Shown one piece after another: positions 62,721-64,000 of a DNA stretch of 64,000 bases. The position numbers and the translations under genes are program-made. Source of the DNA: Spirochaetia bacterium (GTDB lineage: Bacteria; Spirochaetota; Spirochaetia; SZUA-6; Bin103); contig OZ241907.1 in the NCBI GenBank assembly GCA_965203515.1, forward strand, positions 1,888,001 to 1,952,000. The letters run 5' to 3'. Every line of letters starts with the position of its first letter. Position 1 is the stretch's first letter. The notes beneath the pieces are model-generated. The model was not told the DNA's origin, did not search any database, and was given only the letters and a program-made list of their open reading frames with translations.

Positions 62721-64000
62721 TCACTCCCGCACCCGGTAGGCGGCGTTCACGTTCGCCAGCGCCTGGGTGAATTCGGCCTCGTCGAAGATCAGCCGGAAGG
62801 TGCCCTTCGCGGGGCCGTCGCGGACCTGCATGCGGCCCACGTTGAACGCCTGCTCAAGGGTCGCCAGCACCTTGCGCTTGTATTCGGTGTCCGGGTTGCC
62901 GCGCAGGTGCTTGCCCTTGGTCTCGAACACCAGCAGGTGCGGCTGGCCGGCGCTCTCACCCGCCATGGCGATGAAGTCGGGGTAGATGCGCTCCTGCCGC
63001 CAGCCGCGCAGGTGGTACTCGCCCGGCTGGCGCACCGCCACCCGATGCCACCAGCGCAGCGCCTTCTGTTCGTCCAGGTAGTACGCGAAGCGCCGCTCCA
63101 GCTCGCTGTCGAGCTGGCGCTCGAACACCGGCTCGAACAGATTGAGCTGCACCGGTTGGCCGAGCCGCTGCAAGGTGCGGTCGGACTCCAAGACCGGTAT
63201 CTCGTAGCGCTCGCGCATCCGGTAGCGAGGTACGCCGGCGTCCAGATCGAAGCGGATCTCCGCTTGCATCAGTTTGTCGCGGAACACCCGTTCCGCCATC
63301 CGTTCCACGCCGTCGATGACCGCTTCCCGCAGCGCGTAGGCGAGCGGGGCGCGGCGGTCGAAGATGCTTTCTTCCGTCGCGCCCGTCTCCCGCAGTCGTT
63401 CCAGTTCCAGCAGGCGGCCGGCGATGCCGGCGGCGTGCCAGGGGTTGGGCACCACGTCCGCCAGCCGGCGCACGAAGTAGGAGAGCCGCACCCTCTTGTC
63501 GACCCGGAGGTCCTGGGACGCCCCCGGCGAGGCGACCGCGGCGCCGGCGCCCAGGTCCACGCTCGCCGTCTCCCGCCGGGCCGCGGCCGGCAGGGAGGCG
63601 GCCGGGTCCGGCGGTTCGATCCGCTCCCAGGCGATGGCCGGCAGGATGTCCCGGTGATAGTCGAGGTTGCGCCAGCCGTCACCGTCCCGGTGCAGCACCT
63701 TGGGCAGGAAGATGTCGGCGCCGCGGAACGGCTCCCGCCGCCGCGCTTCCACGAGCTGCAGCTCGCCGCCGCTCCCCGTCACCTCGTCGCCGAGGCCGGT
63801 CAGCCCCTCCTGTTCCAGCCCCTGCTTGATCTGCTGCACGGCGTCGGCCACGGCCATGTTCAGGCAATAGACCGCGCACCGGTCCAGCCGCTCCCGGCCG
63901 GTGCGGCGGGCGTGCGGTTGGCGCATCACCCGCCCCACCAACTGGGTCAACGCGCGCTGCGCGCGGGTCGTGTCCAGCATCACCAGCAGGTAGGCGAAGG
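62721..64000 (-). CDS. C-terminal part of a type III restriction (Res)-like helicase/nuclease; runs off the window
   Basis: QLVGRVMRQP helicase motif VI-like; YPDFIA..VFETKG PD-(D/E)XK motif. Confidence 0.75.
   Translation of the reverse strand, partial: FAYLLVMLDTTRAQRALTQLVGRVMRQPHARRTGRERLDRCAVYCLNMAVADAVQQIKQGLEQEGLTGLGDEVTGSGGELQLVEARRREPFRGADIFLPKVLHRDGDGWRNLDYHRDILPAIAWERIEPPDPAASLPAAARRETASVDLGAGAAVASPGASQDLRVDKRVRLSYFVRRLADVVPNPWHAAGIAGRLLELERLRETGATEESIFDRRAPLAYALREAVIDGVERMAERVFRDKLMQAEIRFDLDAGVPRYRMRERYEIPVLESDRTLQRLGQPVQLNLFEPVFERQLDSELERRFAYYLDEQKALRWWHRVAVRQPGEYHLRGWRQERIYPDFIAMAGESAGQPHLLVFETKGKHLRGNPDTEYKRKVLATLEQAFNVGRMQVRDGPAKGTFRLIFDEAEFTQALANVNAAYRVRE

Noticed and set aside
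1..64000. Integron cassettes, prophage, tRNA or rRNA genes
   Set aside because: No integrase, attC-like sites, phage gene set or RNA-gene signature recognised by eye; small ncRNAs cannot be excluded without a covariance search

Overview
Very GC-rich bacterial DNA with no rRNA, tRNA or CRISPR array recognisable. The backbone is a densely packed set of catabolic and uptake genes: three Opp/Dpp-type ABC systems, three GH10-like/DUF187-type hydrolase paralogs, three PhyH-family dioxygenases, a sulfatase, hydantoinase A/B, a deacetylase, two FG-GAP/ASPIC-UnbV proteins and cobO. Small accessory modules interrupt it, several visibly lower in GC: two Fic genes, two AAA_14/DUF4143 ATPases, an intact and a decayed copy of an HNH-endonuclease gene, toxin-antitoxin remnants, a DUF5678 + retropepsin pair, and a three-gene operon ending in an MBL hydrolase split by an intact IS3 element (GTG target duplication). 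The window ends in a type III restriction-like subunit. This gene mix resembles marine sponge-symbiont genomes (inference only). Main unexplained signals: (1) a recurring A-[insert]-A' architecture, seen four times with no integrase, in which an insert is bracketed by diverged direct copies (28-440 bp) of a neighbouring gene end or promoter; (2) an HNH gene whose linker carries in-frame palindromic CTTCG-N4-CGAAG repeats; (3) a candidate three-gene defence system; (4) a 12-repeat surface lipoprotein put out of frame by a G13 tract. All family assignments come from motif recognition by eye, not database searches.
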